From positions 640,001 to 704,000 of the forward strand of contig CAWJTV010000041.1 in NCBI GenBank assembly GCA_963845755.1: a stretch of 64,000 nt of DNA, read 5' to 3'. This document shows positions 42,589 through 54,498 of this stretch, in pieces. Made by a program: the position numbers and the translations under genes. The notes beneath the pieces are model-generated. The model saw only the letters and a program-made list of their open reading frames with translations. It made no database searches and was not told where the DNA came from. This DNA is from an uncultured Planctomycetota bacterium. GTDB taxonomy: Bacteria; Planctomycetota; Planctomycetia; Isosphaerales; Isosphaeraceae. Position 1 is the stretch's first letter. The number at the start of each line of letters is the position of its first letter.

Positions 42589-43544
42589 TGGGCGAAGTGA
42601 GTGCACCGATTGCGGCCGGTTTGTTTCGACTGATAGAGGGCGCGGTCCGCTTGGTCGACCAGGATCGCGGCGGTGGGGGTGTCGCGATCGGAGGTGGCGA
42701 CGCCCAGGCTGGCAGTGACCTTGCAGGAGTGGGGCCAAGGCCCTGCCGAGATGGCCGTTCGCACCCGCTCGGCCACGCCGAGGGCTTCCTCGGCGCCGGT
42801 AGCGGGCAGCAGCACGACGAATTCCTCGCCCCCGTAGCGGGCCACGACATCGTGGCCCCGGAGGATCGTACGTAACCTCGAGCCGACTTCGTGGAGGACC
42901 CGATCTCCGGCCAGATGGCCGAACTGATCGTTGTATTGCTTGAAGTGATCGATGTCGAGCATGATCAGCGAGAGGGGGGACGCCTGGCGGTCGGCCTGGG
43001 CGAAGAGCAGGTCCAGATCCTCACGGAACCGGCGACGGTTCTTCACGCCGGTCAACTCGTCGGTCGTGGCCAGCTCGGCCAGGCGTGCGTTCTGCCGGGC
43101 CAATTGATCGTGCACCGCAATGATCCGCTCGGCGATCTCGAGGCGGACGGCCAGCTCGTCGGGATCGGGAGGCTTGGTCAGGAAATCATCGGCGCCCGCC
43201 CGGAGACCCTTGAGCCGGTCCTCGCGCCGATCGAGCGAGGTGAGCAGGATGATGTAGATGTAGCGGTCGCTTCCGGTGGATCGGAGCCGCCGGCACAGCT
43301 CGAGGCCATCGAGCCGGGGCATCATCCAATCGGAGATCAACAGCGGGGCCTCGCCGCGAAGGATCATCTGCCAGGCCGCCTCGCCATCCTGTGCGACGAT
43401 GGGCTCGTGCCCCATCCGCTCGAGTGTGCGCCGGAGAAACAGGGCCGCCATCGGCTGGTCTTCGGCGATGAGAATCTTCAACGATCCTGCCTCCGGTATT
43501 GCTCCTCCGGACCCAGGCTCCTTCGGAGATTCAGAAACCCGCAT
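42492..43544 (-). CDS. REC-GGDEF diguanylate cyclase (PleD/WspR-like)
   Basis: KILIAED, SDWMMP, KP; TDELTGVKNRR, DIDHFKQYND, I-site RGHD, RYGGEEF, ADRALYQSK. Confidence 0.93.
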   Translation of the reverse strand: MRVSESPKEPGSGGAIPEAGSLKILIAEDQPMAALFLRRTLERMGHEPIVAQDGEAAWQMILRGEAPLLISDWMMPRLDGLELCRRLRSTGSDRYIYIILLTSLDRREDRLKGLRAGADDFLTKPPDPDELAVRLEIAERIIAVHDQLARQNARLAELATTDELTGVKNRRRFREDLDLLFAQADRQASPLSLIMLDIDHFKQYNDQFGHLAGDRVLHEVGSRLRTILRGHDVVARYGGEEFVVLLPATGAEEALGVAERVRTAISAGPWPHSCKVTASLGVATSDRDTPTAAILVDQADRALYQSKQTGRNRCTHFAHSGQWAVVSNSPARGLIQVSLSCEPPIRPLQQ

Positions 43545-43611
43545 TCAAGATTCAAAATTTTACATTACATAATACTTATTAATATGGTATTAAGAATCAG
43601 GGATCGGGCCA

Positions 43612-46600
43612 TCACTGTAGCGTCAGGCCGACTGCGGGTTCGGCGACGGACTCCAGGACGTCCCGAACGAGCTTCCAGATGTCACCGATTCGCGCGGCCT
43701 CCGCCCTGGCCCTGTGGAGATTGCCCTGATGGGCCACATCCTCCAGCGCCTGACAGGCGGCGGCCAGGTCGTCCGCGCCGATGGTCCGGCTGATTCCCTT
43801 CAGCCCATGTACTGCGTCCGCCAGCTTGCGGCCGTCGCCGCGCTGCACGGCGTCCGCGATGTCGTCCAGGCATCGTGGGCTCGATTCCAGGAACGACCCG
43901 GCCAGCTCCCGGGCAAAAGCGTCGTCACCGTCGCAAACGTCGCTCAACCTGGTCAGGAGCTGATGTCGAAGGCTGGAGCCGAAGTCCTCATTGCGACCCG
44001 CGTCGCTGATCCCCCCCAGGTCGTGGAGCCCGAGCTCTCCAAGGGCCGCCGCGAGGTCGGCCTGGCGGATGGGCTTGGCCAGGTAGCCGTCGAAGCCGGC
44101 CGTCAGGCAACGTTCGCGGTCGCCTTGCATGGTATGGGCCGTCAGTGCCAGGACCGGCAACCGCCGTCCGGTCCCGGCCTCGCCGGCGCGAATGGCCCGG
44201 ACCGCGTCGAAGCCGTCCATCTCGGGCATCTGCAGGTCCATCAGCACGACATCGAAGCCGCCAGGCCGGCGCCAACCTTCGGCCTCCAGGGCCCGCAGTG
44301 CCTGCACACCATCCGACGCCACCATCACGGAGTGCCCCAGGCGTTCGAGCATACGAACGGCCACTTTCTGATTGACGGGATGATCCTCGACCAGGAGGAT
44401 TCGCAGCGCCCCGCCGGTCCAGCCCGAGTGGCTGGCATCCTCGGCCCGGTCCGGTGCGATCCGAGCCTGTTCCGGTCGGCTGCGGACCGTCAGGGCCTTC
44501 ATCAGCGCGTCGAACAGTTCCGATTGGCGCACCGGCTTGGTCAAGCAGGCCGCGATCCGCAGAGCCTGGCAGGCGGAGAGTTCCTCCGGCCGGCCTGCCG
44601 ACGTCAGCAGCAGCACATGGACTTCGGCGATCCGCGGATCGCTGCGGATTCGACGGGCCAGGTCGAGTCCGTCGATCTCCGGCATCATTCCGTCGAACCA
44701 GCGCGACGGCGAACGGGCGGCCCCGCCCGATGGCAGCCCATAGCGCCTCCAGCGCCGCGGTCGCACCGTCAACGGCGGTTGGGTTCGCGCCCCAGCCCGC
44801 CAGAATCTCCACCAGGATGAGGCGGTTGGTGGCATTGTCGTCCACGATCAGGATCCGCATCCCATCCATTTGGGGGAAATCTAACTCGGTGCGGCCGACC
44901 GCGACGGCATCCCGGGGCGCGGCTGCCAACAAGGTCGTGAACCAGAACGTGCTGCCTCGTCCCAACTGGCTGTCAACCCCAATCTCTCCACCCATCATCC
45001 GGACCAGCTTCGCCGAGATCGCCAGGCCCAGGCCTGTGCCGCCGAACCGCCGGGTCGTCGAACCGTCGGCCTGCTCGAACGGTGCGAAGATCGTATTCAG
45101 CTTGTCGGGGGGGATGCCGATCCCCGTGTCGGCGACTTCGAAACGCAGCGCGACTCCCTCGATTTGTCCTTCTTCCCGGGATACGCGCATCACCACCTCG
45201 CCGCCCTCGGTGAATTTGATCGCGTTGCCGACCAGGTTGACGACGACCTGGCGCATCCGGCCGACGTCCCCGACCACGGTTTCGGGGACGTCCGGCGCGA
45301 TGCGGCAGGCCAGCTCCAGGCCCTTGGCGTGCGCGCGCAGGGCGAGCGTTTGCAAGGTCTCGCTCACCGCCTCCCGCAACTCGAAGGGTGCCGGGTCCAG
45401 GCTGAGCTTGCCGGCCTCGATCTTGGAGAAGTCGAGGATATCGTTGATGACCGTCAGGAGTGAATCCGCCGAGCTCCTGACCAGGTTGAGGTACTCGCGC
45501 TGGCGGAGGGAAAGCTCGGTGTCGAGCGCCAGTTCGGTCATTCCGATGATGCCGTTCATCGGCGTGCGGATCTCGTGGCTCATGTTGGCGAGGAACTCAC
45601 TCTTGGCCCGGCTGGCGGCCTCGGCAACCAGCTTGGCCTTCTCGCGCTCCTCCTGGGCCTGCAAGCGCACGATCCCCGAGCGCCATGCTGTCCGCCACGA
45701 CGCCCAGCGCCTTGTGTGCGGCGTCCGAGAGCGGCCGGCGGGCGAACAGCTCCGTCACGCCGACCAGCCGGTCTTCGATGATCAATGGGTGGCCGGCGAA
45801 GGCGACCATCCCTTCCCGCCTCGCCCACTCGGGGTCACTGATGCGCGGGATCCTCCCCGACGTCGTTGGTCAGGTGGGGCCGGCGCTGCTGGGCGATCAA
45901 GCCGATGTGGAATTGACCGAGAGGCTTCCGCACCCGCGGTCCATCGAGGAGGTCGCAAGTCCCGGCACTGCCCCTCAACTCCAGCACGGCTTCGGCCTCG
46001 TCGAGTGTCCAGATGCGAGCGCATGCGGCATCGACATGCTGGACCATCGACTCCGCGCAATGCTGGAGGATGCCGCGGACATCGTCGCCGCGGGTCAAGG
46101 CGATCGCGATGTCCGCGGTCAGGGTGGTCAGTCGCGCCTGCTCGAGCAGCGCGGCCTCCGCCGCCTTCTGTTCGGTCAGATCGCGCAGGTAGGCGTTGAA
46201 GACCGGAGGGCCCGACTGCCCGATGACGCAGACCGCCAGCTCGATGGGAAACTCGCTGCCGTCGGCCCGCATGGCCGGGACCTCGATCCGTTTGCCAAGG
46301 AGTGTCACCGCACTCGTGTCCAGATAACGCTGCCAACCGCGATCGTGGGCCGTGCGCAGTGCGGGCGGCACGATCAACTCGTTCAAGGGCTTGCCGAGGA
46401 TCTCGTCGCGGCGGTAGCCGAAGATCCGCTCCGCCGCCGGGTTGAACTCGATGACGCGGCCCGCGTGGTCGGCCGTCACGATCCCATCGAGCGCCACCTC
46501 CACGATGCTCGCCTTGCGCGCCTCGCTCTCGCGAAGCTCGGCCGTCCGCGCCTCGACCTGGCGCTCGACCTGCCCGTGCAACGCCTCGAGGGCGGCCTGC

Positions 46601-47226
46601 CGATCCGCGACGGCTCGCAGCTCTTGCAGCGACTGGAAACAGCCGCGGATCAAGACGACGTCCTCGAAGGCCACCCAGACCGCGTGCTCGAGCCATCGCC
46701 ACGGGCTGATGATCCCGATGCCATAAACCGAGCGCGGCCAGAAGATGCCCCGCAGGAAATGATCCAGCGCCACGACGACCGAGGCGGTGATCAACACCTT
46801 GGGGTCGCGGTACATGGCCAGGAACGCGAGCGAGCCGAAGACGTGGAAGTGGGCCTCGATCCGTCCACCCATCAGATGGATCCACAGCACACTCATGAGC
46901 ATCTGGCCGATCGCCACCGCATGCCGCGTTGACGTCGCGCCGGGCCGCCAGCGAATCAAACCCAGCGGCAGGCTGACGATCAGACCACCCAGGATGATCG
47001 CCGCCCAGATGTGGACATGGATCGAATACGCCTCGCCGGCCCATGTGAAGGGCGAGACCCATACGGCGAACATCACCGCCCCGATCCACTCCACGAGCAG
47101 CAGCGTCGCGAAGAGGTAGTCGGCCCGGCAATAGCCGGCTACCAGATGCGCTGCGTACACCTCGCCAGCCCGCTCAACGATGCGTCCAGGCTGCTCCGGC
47201 TCGAAACTCTCCGGTTTGCTCATCAT
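43612..47226 (-). CDS. Multi-domain hybrid histidine kinase (TM sensor, PAS, GAF, HisKA, HATPase, REC, REC, HPt); frameshifts near 45840, 45680, 44690
   Basis: [24 protein letters not shown] region; PAS ([11 protein letters not shown]); [25 protein letters not shown]; two receiver domains; HPt VHGLKG. Confidence 0.9.
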
Positions 47227-47845
47227 CGAGGTCCCTGGCTGGAAGTCCGCCGTGGCGTCGCGAGCGCGCAGCCGAAGACCGGGGACTTCCGGCTTCCGCC
47301 GCCCGTCCCGAGGATCCCGGCCAGCACGGCGTCACGGCCGTCATTGGCTCCCTGGTGGCCGCGCGCGGCGTGATTCCCCCGCTGAAGATCAGGTGGCCTC
47401 CGGCATCGTACAGCAAGACATGGCCGGACGTGGAAACTCCAAATCGCCGGGCTTCGACGCCCCCGCGGTCGCGCCAGATCTGCAGCCGAGGCATGGCGGC
47501 AAGATCGGCCTCCATCGCCGACTCGCCCCAACTCTCGCGGCCACCGCCGGGCTGGAGAAGCACCGCGTGGACCGAGACTCGATTGCCGTAATCGCTGGCG
47601 ATCGATGCCAGCTCCCTCACGCTGGATCGTGAGCACGGGCAGAGGGGATGCAGGAAGATCAGGAGAGTTGGCCTACGACCATCCTGGCGGATCGAACTCT
47701 CCGACGGCCATCGGGTCGGCGACGACGCGGCGATCCCCGGCCGAGCCGCATAGTCCCCCAACAGGATCATCCCCACGCCGACGAGCAATCCCCAGACCGT
47801 CAGGAGGCAGGCCGGATGGCATCGAAGCGTCGAGAGTCGATCCAT
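47223..47845 (-). CDS. RedB-like membrane-anchored thioredoxin-fold protein (frameshift near 47365)
   Basis: N-terminal TM; PTLLIFLHPLCPCSRSS; EARRFGVSTSGHVLLYD; FSGGIT..RGHQGAN; PVFGC. Stop overlaps the kinase start. Confidence 0.75.
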
Positions 47846-48087
47846 TGATCGTCCTTCAAGTTGCGGATTCTCGGGCCCAGAATCGCGTTGAGCTGAGTCC
47901 CTCCAGATAAACCATAGGATAAGTTGCCCGAGATGGCCGCCGGATTCTCCAGCAGCCATCTCCTGATCGGCGCGGGGATTCTTCCGGATCACGCCGGCGG
48001 ACTTCTCCACGTCCACGGCGATACTCGATGCCTACGCCAGGGCGTTCTTGGCCGGCATCCGCTCCAGAACCGCGCACACCGGCGTTT

Positions 48088-48384
48088 TCAGAGACCGCCG
48101 AAGGCCGACTTGAAGAACTGCGAGAAGATGTTCGTTGAGCTGGACTTGGATTTCGCGGGCTTGTGCGTTGTGGAATGTGCGTGCTTGACTGCGTGGTGCT
48201 GCTTGGTGGCGGCAACGTGTTGGGCGCGGGTGTCGTGAGCGGCTTCTCGGGCCTCGAGGCGGGACACCCGGGCGGCGTGGACTTCCGCTGCCGCAACGGC
48301 GTGGGCGCCCGAGACGCTGAGTGCAAACCGGTCTTCCATCGACTCCAGCCGAGGTCGGGCGACGTGTCGCTTACGCATCGGCAC
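48088..48384 (-). CDS. Small His/Ala-rich protein with LEPR-XLL-like N-terminal motif
   Basis: RBS GAGGAG; MRKRHVARPRLESMEDRFALS...KQHHAVKHAHSTTHK...NIFSQFFKSAFGGL. Confidence 0.7.
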   Translation of the reverse strand: MPMRKRHVARPRLESMEDRFALSVSGAHAVAAAEVHAARVSRLEAREAAHDTRAQHVAATKQHHAVKHAHSTTHKPAKSKSSSTNIFSQFFKSAFGGL

Positions 48385-48684
48385 AACTCCTCTCTTGATT
48401 CGAGTGGAGGGGTTCTACCCAAAAGCTGAGAATCCTGCCACTCGAAAATGGTCCCTTCCTGACATTCTTTATCGGCCGGCCTGCAAAGACGTCATGACCG
48501 ATCTCGGTGAGTGTTCCGCGCGATCGGGATCGGAAATGCCGGGCTAATCATCTTGGTAAGACGCACGGGTTCGGGTGGTCCTCCCGACTTGCCTTCTCAG
48601 CCGCGCACCGGGTCTGCTAGGCTTTGCGTCGTACCAGGGATGGATCGAACTGCAGCCATCGTGCAAGGAAGCGAGACACCTCCC

Positions 48685-49970
48685 ATGCGAATCTTCATCT
48701 CGGCGGGAGAGCCCAGCGGCGACCTGCATGCCGCAAACCTGATCCGATCGCTCCGCCGGCGGCTCCCGGACTGCGCAATTCGTCGGCTTCGGGGGTGCGA
48801 GAATGGCGGAGGCCGGCGCGGACCTGCTCTATCCGCTGGTGGACCTCGCGGTGATGTGGTTCTTGAACGTGCTGCTCAACCTGGTGACGTTCATCCGGCT
48901 GATCTTCACGGCTGATCAGTACTTCCGGGACGAACGACCGGACGCGGTGGTACTCATCGATTACCCGGGTCTGCATTGGTGGATCGCCCGTCGTGCCAGG
49001 GCGCGGGGTATCCCCGTCTTCTACTTCGTACCGCCACAGCTCTGGGCCTGGGCCGGTTGGCGTGTGAAGAAGGTCCGCAAGTACGTCGATCAGGTCCTGT
49101 GCAGTCTGCCGTTCGAGCCGGCCTGGTATCAGGCGCGGGGCGTCGACGGGGCAGTCTACGTCGGCCATCCCTATTTCGACGAGCTGGCCGATCGGCCCCT
49201 GTGTGAGGGCTTCTTGGCGGAGCAGCGCAGGCAGCCCGGAGACATCGTGGCCATTCTACCCGGCTCGCGCACTCAGGAGCTAATGCGCAACTTACCCGAC
49301 ATGCTCCGCGCTGCAAAGGAGTTGGCAAGCCGGCGCCCGGGCGTGCGGTTCGCGATTGCCTGCCTGCACGAGCGGCACAAGGTGCTTGCAGAACGGATCA
49401 TCGCCGAGTCGGGTATTAATCAAGGGTCTAATCCGGAATCCAGGATTCCGGATCCAAAGGTCGAGGTCCACGCCGGGCGCACGCCCGAACTCATCCGGCT
49501 GGCCCGCGTGGCCTGGGCGGTTTCCGGGTCTGTCGGGCTCGAGCTGATGGTTGAGGGCCTCCCGGCGGTCGTACTGTACAAGGTCAAGCAATTCGACCTA
49601 TGGGTGGCGCGGTGGTTCATCAAGGCGAAATACATCAGCCTGGTCAACCTCCTGGCCGACACCGAGGTGTTCCCCGAGTATCTCACGTGGCAAGACGCCT
49701 CGGGTGAGATGGCCCGCTGGGCCGAGGTCTGGCTTGGCGACGCGGAGGCATATGCCCGCGTGACCGGCGGCGCTGTCGGCTTTGCGGTCGCGGGTCGCCC
49801 AGCCCGGTGCCTCGGACCGAGCGGCCGACCACATCGTCGGATGGCTGGATCAGCATCGCAGGACGACCTCGGCAACGATTGCAGATCGCGCGACCGGCGG
49901 CTACCTCGGCCCTCACGACCTTGGCGCTCGACCGGAGCCAGCCGAAGGGCATGGGCCGCATCGCAGTTGA
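48685..49970 (+). CDS. lpxB: Lipid-A-disaccharide synthase (frameshifts near 48780 and 49770)
   Basis: MRIFISAGEPSGDLHAA, IDYPG, PPQLWAW, LPFE, YVGHP, LPGSR, SGSVGLE, ISLVNLL, PEYL. Confidence 0.93.
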
Positions 49971-50054
49971 TTCCATTCGGTATCGGGCCGATTTGCCCGC
50001 GAATTCGGCGGATGGGTAACGCATGGCCGTGCCGGTTGCGTTACAATCGGCCAA

Positions 50055-52869
50055 ATGAGGTTACATCCCCCTGAGCACAGACTGGTCCATCCATTGCCGA
50101 CGGCTCCCCAGTTCGTGGGGAGGGAGCCCGAGCTCGAGGTGCTGCGCACCGCGTGGCAATCCGCGGTCCGTGGGGTGCTCGCGCTGGTCGGGCTCGGCGG
50201 AGCCGGCAAGACGGCGATCGCGGCCCGCTTCCTGGACGAGTTGGCCCGGCCCGGTTACCTTGCGCGGCCCGAGGGCCTTTTTGTCTGGAGTTTCTATCAG
50301 GAACCGGATGCCGGCTATTTCTTGAACGAGGCCTATCGCTACTTCGCGCGGGGCGACCCGGCCGCGGCCCCGGCCAAGGGTGCCGGATTGCTGCACCTCT
50401 TGCGCGACGCTCTGATGGTCGGCGGTCCGCATCTGCTGGTGCTCGACGGGCTGGAGCGCGTTCAGCGACAGGAAGGCCAAAGTCCCGGCGTCTTCGGTCA
50501 GATCGAGGACCCCCTGCTCCGCGGGCTACTGACCCGGATTGCCGAGGGCATCGGCCCGACGACGGCCCTGGTCACAAGCCGGTTCCCCCTGACCGACCTG
50601 AAGCCTTTCGTCGGCCGGGGCTACCGGCACTGTGATGTCGAAGGGCTCAGTCGTCCCGCGGCGATGGCCTTGCTCCGCGGGCACGGCGTCCGGGGCGATG
50701 ATGCGACGCTCGCGAAGCTGGTCGAATCGTACGGGGCCCATGCTCTGACGCTCGATCATCTCGGCGGGCTGATCGGCCAGTTCCTGGAAGGCGATCCGCG
50801 GCGGGCTCCCGAGGCGCTTCAGCTCACGTCGCCCCAGCAAGACCGCCAGGCGCTCCGGCTCGCCCGCTTGCTCGACGCCTACCAGTCGCACTTGCCGCCG
50901 GCCGAGCTGGCCCTGATCGGCCGCCTCTGTCTGCTCCAGCGGAGCATCCCGCTCGACCAGGTCCTTCGGATGTTCGTCTGCACGCCGGCCGTCCATCTTC
51001 GTACGGCGCACGATCTCGATGTCTTCGTCAAGAATATCCCCATCCCCGAGTCCTTCCCGGAGGAATTTCGGTCCGAGCTGGCCGAATCGATCGGGGAGAC
51101 CATCGCCGAGGCCATTCAACAGGCGACGATCGCTGGTCCCGAGGATGTCTTCGTGCACGACATCTACCGGGCCGTGGAAAGGTTATTGGAGCGTCATAAG
51201 CTAACCATCGTAGACGACGTCGAGGAGTTGATCCGTCTCTACGGCGACGAGACGGTGGCGGACTTCACGACGGAGCAGCGTCCGCTCTCCTGGCAGGATC
51301 AGCGGCGACTCCATAGCTGCATCTTCATATACAACGAATACCGCAACCATCCGCTGTTTTCCGAGAAGAAGCCGCCCTCTGCGCTGGAATTCGCATTCCT
51401 GAAGGAAGGCTGGGGCGAGGCTTCGACTTCAGGTGCTTACCCCGATCTGACTCCGGCGGATGTGTCGCGGGCGGTATGGCGGCATAAGCTCATTTTGCAG
51501 CAGTTTGCGATCAAGCATCGGGCGACTTCGATTGGTCCGCGAGCAATGCCGGCTCTACCAGCAGAAATGGCAGGCGAGCGGCCCACTCGCGACGCTGGAC
51601 GCCGAGGGCGTGAGCGCGGCCCTTGCGGCCCTGGTAGGCCGGCATCTGGTCCTCCGCGAGGCCGACGGCTCCTTGAGCGTCCATCCCGCCGTGCGCGACT
51701 ACTTCGCCCGGTTGATGACCGCGACGGAGCGCGGGTTCTGGCATCACCTGATCGGCGACCAGCTCATCAGCCTGGTCCAGCGGCCGGGCCGGCGGTTGCC
51801 AACGGATCAGGCGTCGCTGGACCTCACCGAAGAAGCGATCACCCATGCCCTGGGAGCGGGCCAGCCCGATAAGGCATGGAACCTGTACGCGCACGTGCTC
51901 GGCGGTCATCGGCACCTCGCCTGGAAGCTGGGCGAGATGGCGCGCGGGCTGCGGATCCTCCGCGGCTTCGACGTCTGCCCGGACCGCTGGGCGCTCGGGT
52001 GGTATCTCCGGGCGTTCGGGGAGTTGGAAGCGGCGTATGCGCAAAACTCGTTCCCCTATTTCCGCGCGGATATCCGCCTGCTTCAGGGGCAGTTACCCCA
52101 CGTGGAAGCGGAGGGCGATCCCGCGCGGACGGCGATCGCCGAGTTCCTGATGGGCCGGACGGACAAAGTGCCGCCGAACCCTCTCGGCTGCGTGGTCTCC
52201 CGGGCGCAGATCCTGCTCTATCAGGGCCGCTCCGCCATGGCGTGGCTGGCGACCGAGCCCGAAGACGTCTACGAGATGATCGGCTGGGAAGACGACCGGA
52301 CGCGCTGCCAGTTGTACCGGGCCGAGGCGGCGTGCCGGATGGACGACATCGCGAGCGTAGTCCGCTCGTTCGAAGCGGCCGAGCGCTGGGTCTTGCATTC
52401 CGGCTCGGTCGAGCACCTTTGTCTTTATCATCTCGTCCGTGCCCGGATCGAGAAGAAGGCCGGTATCGCCCGCGCCGCCCAGCTTGCCGTCAACGAGGGA
52501 TTGCACCTGGCCCGTCTGGCGGGTTTGCGGCTGTATCTGGTCGAACTCTTGTGCGTGCAGACCGAGCTACTTTTGACCGGCGGGCAAGCGGCCGCGCTGC
52601 TGCTGGGCGGCACGCCGGCGGCCGACGCCGAGCGATCGGCCCTTGAAGCCTACGAGCTCTCCTCGGCCTCGGACTGTCGGTTCGCCTGGGGGACGGCGGA
52701 GGCCGGTCACTTGCTCGGGCGATCGCTTGCGGCCCGAGGCAAGCTCGCGGAGGCCCTGTCGGTACTCGAATCGGTCCGATTGCTCCGGCTCCGCATCGGC
52801 GACCACCGCGCGGAGCAGACCGAGGCGCTCATCCAGTCGATCGCCCGGCGCAACGAGCCGCAAGCGTGA
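50055..52869 (+). CDS. STAND/AAA_16-type P-loop ATPase with C-terminal TPR-like helical region (frameshift near 51525)
   Basis: FVGREPEL, GLGGAGKT, FVWSFY, LLVLDGLE, VTSR, GAHALTL, HPAVRDYF. Confidence 0.8.
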
Positions 52870-52884
52870 GGATGGGACGAGAGA

Positions 52885-53327
52885 TGCCTGAACTCTGTCC
52901 GATCTGTGGAGTCGGCATCACCGGGAAGACTCCGGTGCTGTGTCCGGAGTGTGCTCACCTGTTGCGATGGGTCCGTGGTTACTTCGCCGGCTTCGTACGC
53001 GACCCGGGCCAAATCACCCCGGAGACGACGTTCATCGAGCTTGGCGTCAACAGCCTTGACTACATGAACTGGATCCTGGAAGCCAAGGAGAAGCTGGGTA
53101 TCGTCATCTCGAACGAGGATGCCGAGTCCATCCGGACGCTCGGGCAATTCTTGCGATACCTCCGCGCCCGAGGAGCCTCATGGCCGGCGGACTCAGAGAT
53201 CCGGCTGGAGCAGAACGGTGGCTTCTTCCGGAACTCCGTTTGGGTGAGGCTTGACCACAACAAGCCGCCATCCCAATCCGGCGAGCCGCTTCTTCCTCCA
53301 GTGTACAACGGATCCGGCGCGCGATGA
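52885..53327 (+). CDS. Acyl-carrier-protein-like domain with N-terminal CxxC...CxxC Zn ribbon
   Basis: CPIC...CPEC, then ITPETTFIELGVNSLDYMNWILEAKEKLGIVISNEDAESIRTLGQFLRYL. Confidence 0.75.
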
Positions 53328-53377
53328 GTCCAACCCGAGCCTCTCGAAACCATCGAGGAGACTCCGAAGCCCCCGCA

Positions 53378-54415
53378 TCAGTCATCGCTGAGGACATCCC
53401 ACCGCTTCGCGAATCGGAGGACGCCCTCGGCCAGCTCCGCATTGGTCCCGGCCCAGAGATCATCGAAGAGGATCCACTGATGGTAGGGGTCCTTCCCGAA
53501 CCAGGTCCCGGTGTGGAGGCACATCTGAGCGATATGGTCGCTGGTGCAGATCAGCGACTTCGCGGGGTCGAAGTCGTTCTTTTGGTTTTCGATGTGTTTC
53601 CGGATCGCTTCGAGTTCTGTGGCGGCCTGCTCGACGGTCCCGAGCCAGTTCTCCGAGGAGCTCGACTCGAAAATCGAGAATGTTGGGAGGCGCCGCACTC
53701 GCTCGCTCGCCGCAAGCAGTCCGGCTTCGCCGGTGCAGTCCGATGGGAGCTGGGAGCGGAGCAGCTTCAGCTCGAACGGCCACTCCTTATTCGGCATGGC
53801 GATCCGCAAATAGTCACCCAGTTGCGGCAGCCGCACGCCATCGATCCGGCACGGCGGGTGGAACTCGGAGTCGGACAAGCTGGATGAATCGTAGGCGGCG
53901 AGGAAGGCCAGGAACGTCGTCCCGGAACTCGGGCCCGGAGGATCGATCGCCTTGATGTCGATGCCTGGCGCAAAGGGATCGTGTCCGCTCGACATGGGCA
54001 ACCGCCAGTCGTCGTGGAGCAGGTAGGCCCCCCGGCCGGGATGGACTTGAAGGTAATGGTCGTCGAAGAAATAGTAGGCCAGCTCGATCTCGTCGTCATC
54101 GGTGAGCACCTGGATGGCGTGGGGCTGGTAACGCAGATCGCCCTCGACGTAGAGATACTCGGACAGGTACTCCTCCAGCGTCTCGTCGTTCCTGGGAGGT
54201 CTGAGCGATTCGTTGCGGGCGGCCTCGAAGATCGAGGCGAAGCCGTAGACGTCGGAGCCGAGCGTGGATTGTACCCACGCTTCTGCATCCGGGACCTTCT
54301 TCGCCTCATTCCAGACGGTCTTGAACCACTCGAGCACCGAATCGCCCGGGAGCTTCCGGACGTGCTTGCCGGAAGGCCCTTCGTAGTGGCTGCGGTAGAC
54401 GAAGTACACGCTCAC
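53378..54415 (-). CDS. Hypothetical acidic protein (345 aa)
   Basis: Long ORF with natural-looking composition (YFVYRSHYEGP...HQWILFDDLWA); no family recognised. Confidence 0.75.
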   Translation of the reverse strand: MSVYFVYRSHYEGPSGKHVRKLPGDSVLEWFKTVWNEAKKVPDAEAWVQSTLGSDVYGFASIFEAARNESLRPPRNDETLEEYLSEYLYVEGDLRYQPHAIQVLTDDDEIELAYYFFDDHYLQVHPGRGAYLLHDDWRLPMSSGHDPFAPGIDIKAIDPPGPSSGTTFLAFLAAYDSSSLSDSEFHPPCRIDGVRLPQLGDYLRIAMPNKEWPFELKLLRSQLPSDCTGEAGLLAASERVRRLPTFSIFESSSSENWLGTVEQAATELEAIRKHIENQKNDFDPAKSLICTSDHIAQMCLHTGTWFGKDPYHQWILFDDLWAGTNAELAEGVLRFAKRWDVLSDD

Positions 54416-54498
54416 GGTCGGCGTCCTTACGCTCTGGAGAGGGATTATTCAACACGCCTCGATGATCACTACCGCCGAAGCGTTGCTGAGCCGACCGA

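Noticed and set aside
48685..49970. Programmed frameshifting or phase variation in lpxB and other genes
   Set aside because: No slippery heptamers or long simple repeats at the breaks; only the IS3 A7G site fits programmed frameshifting.
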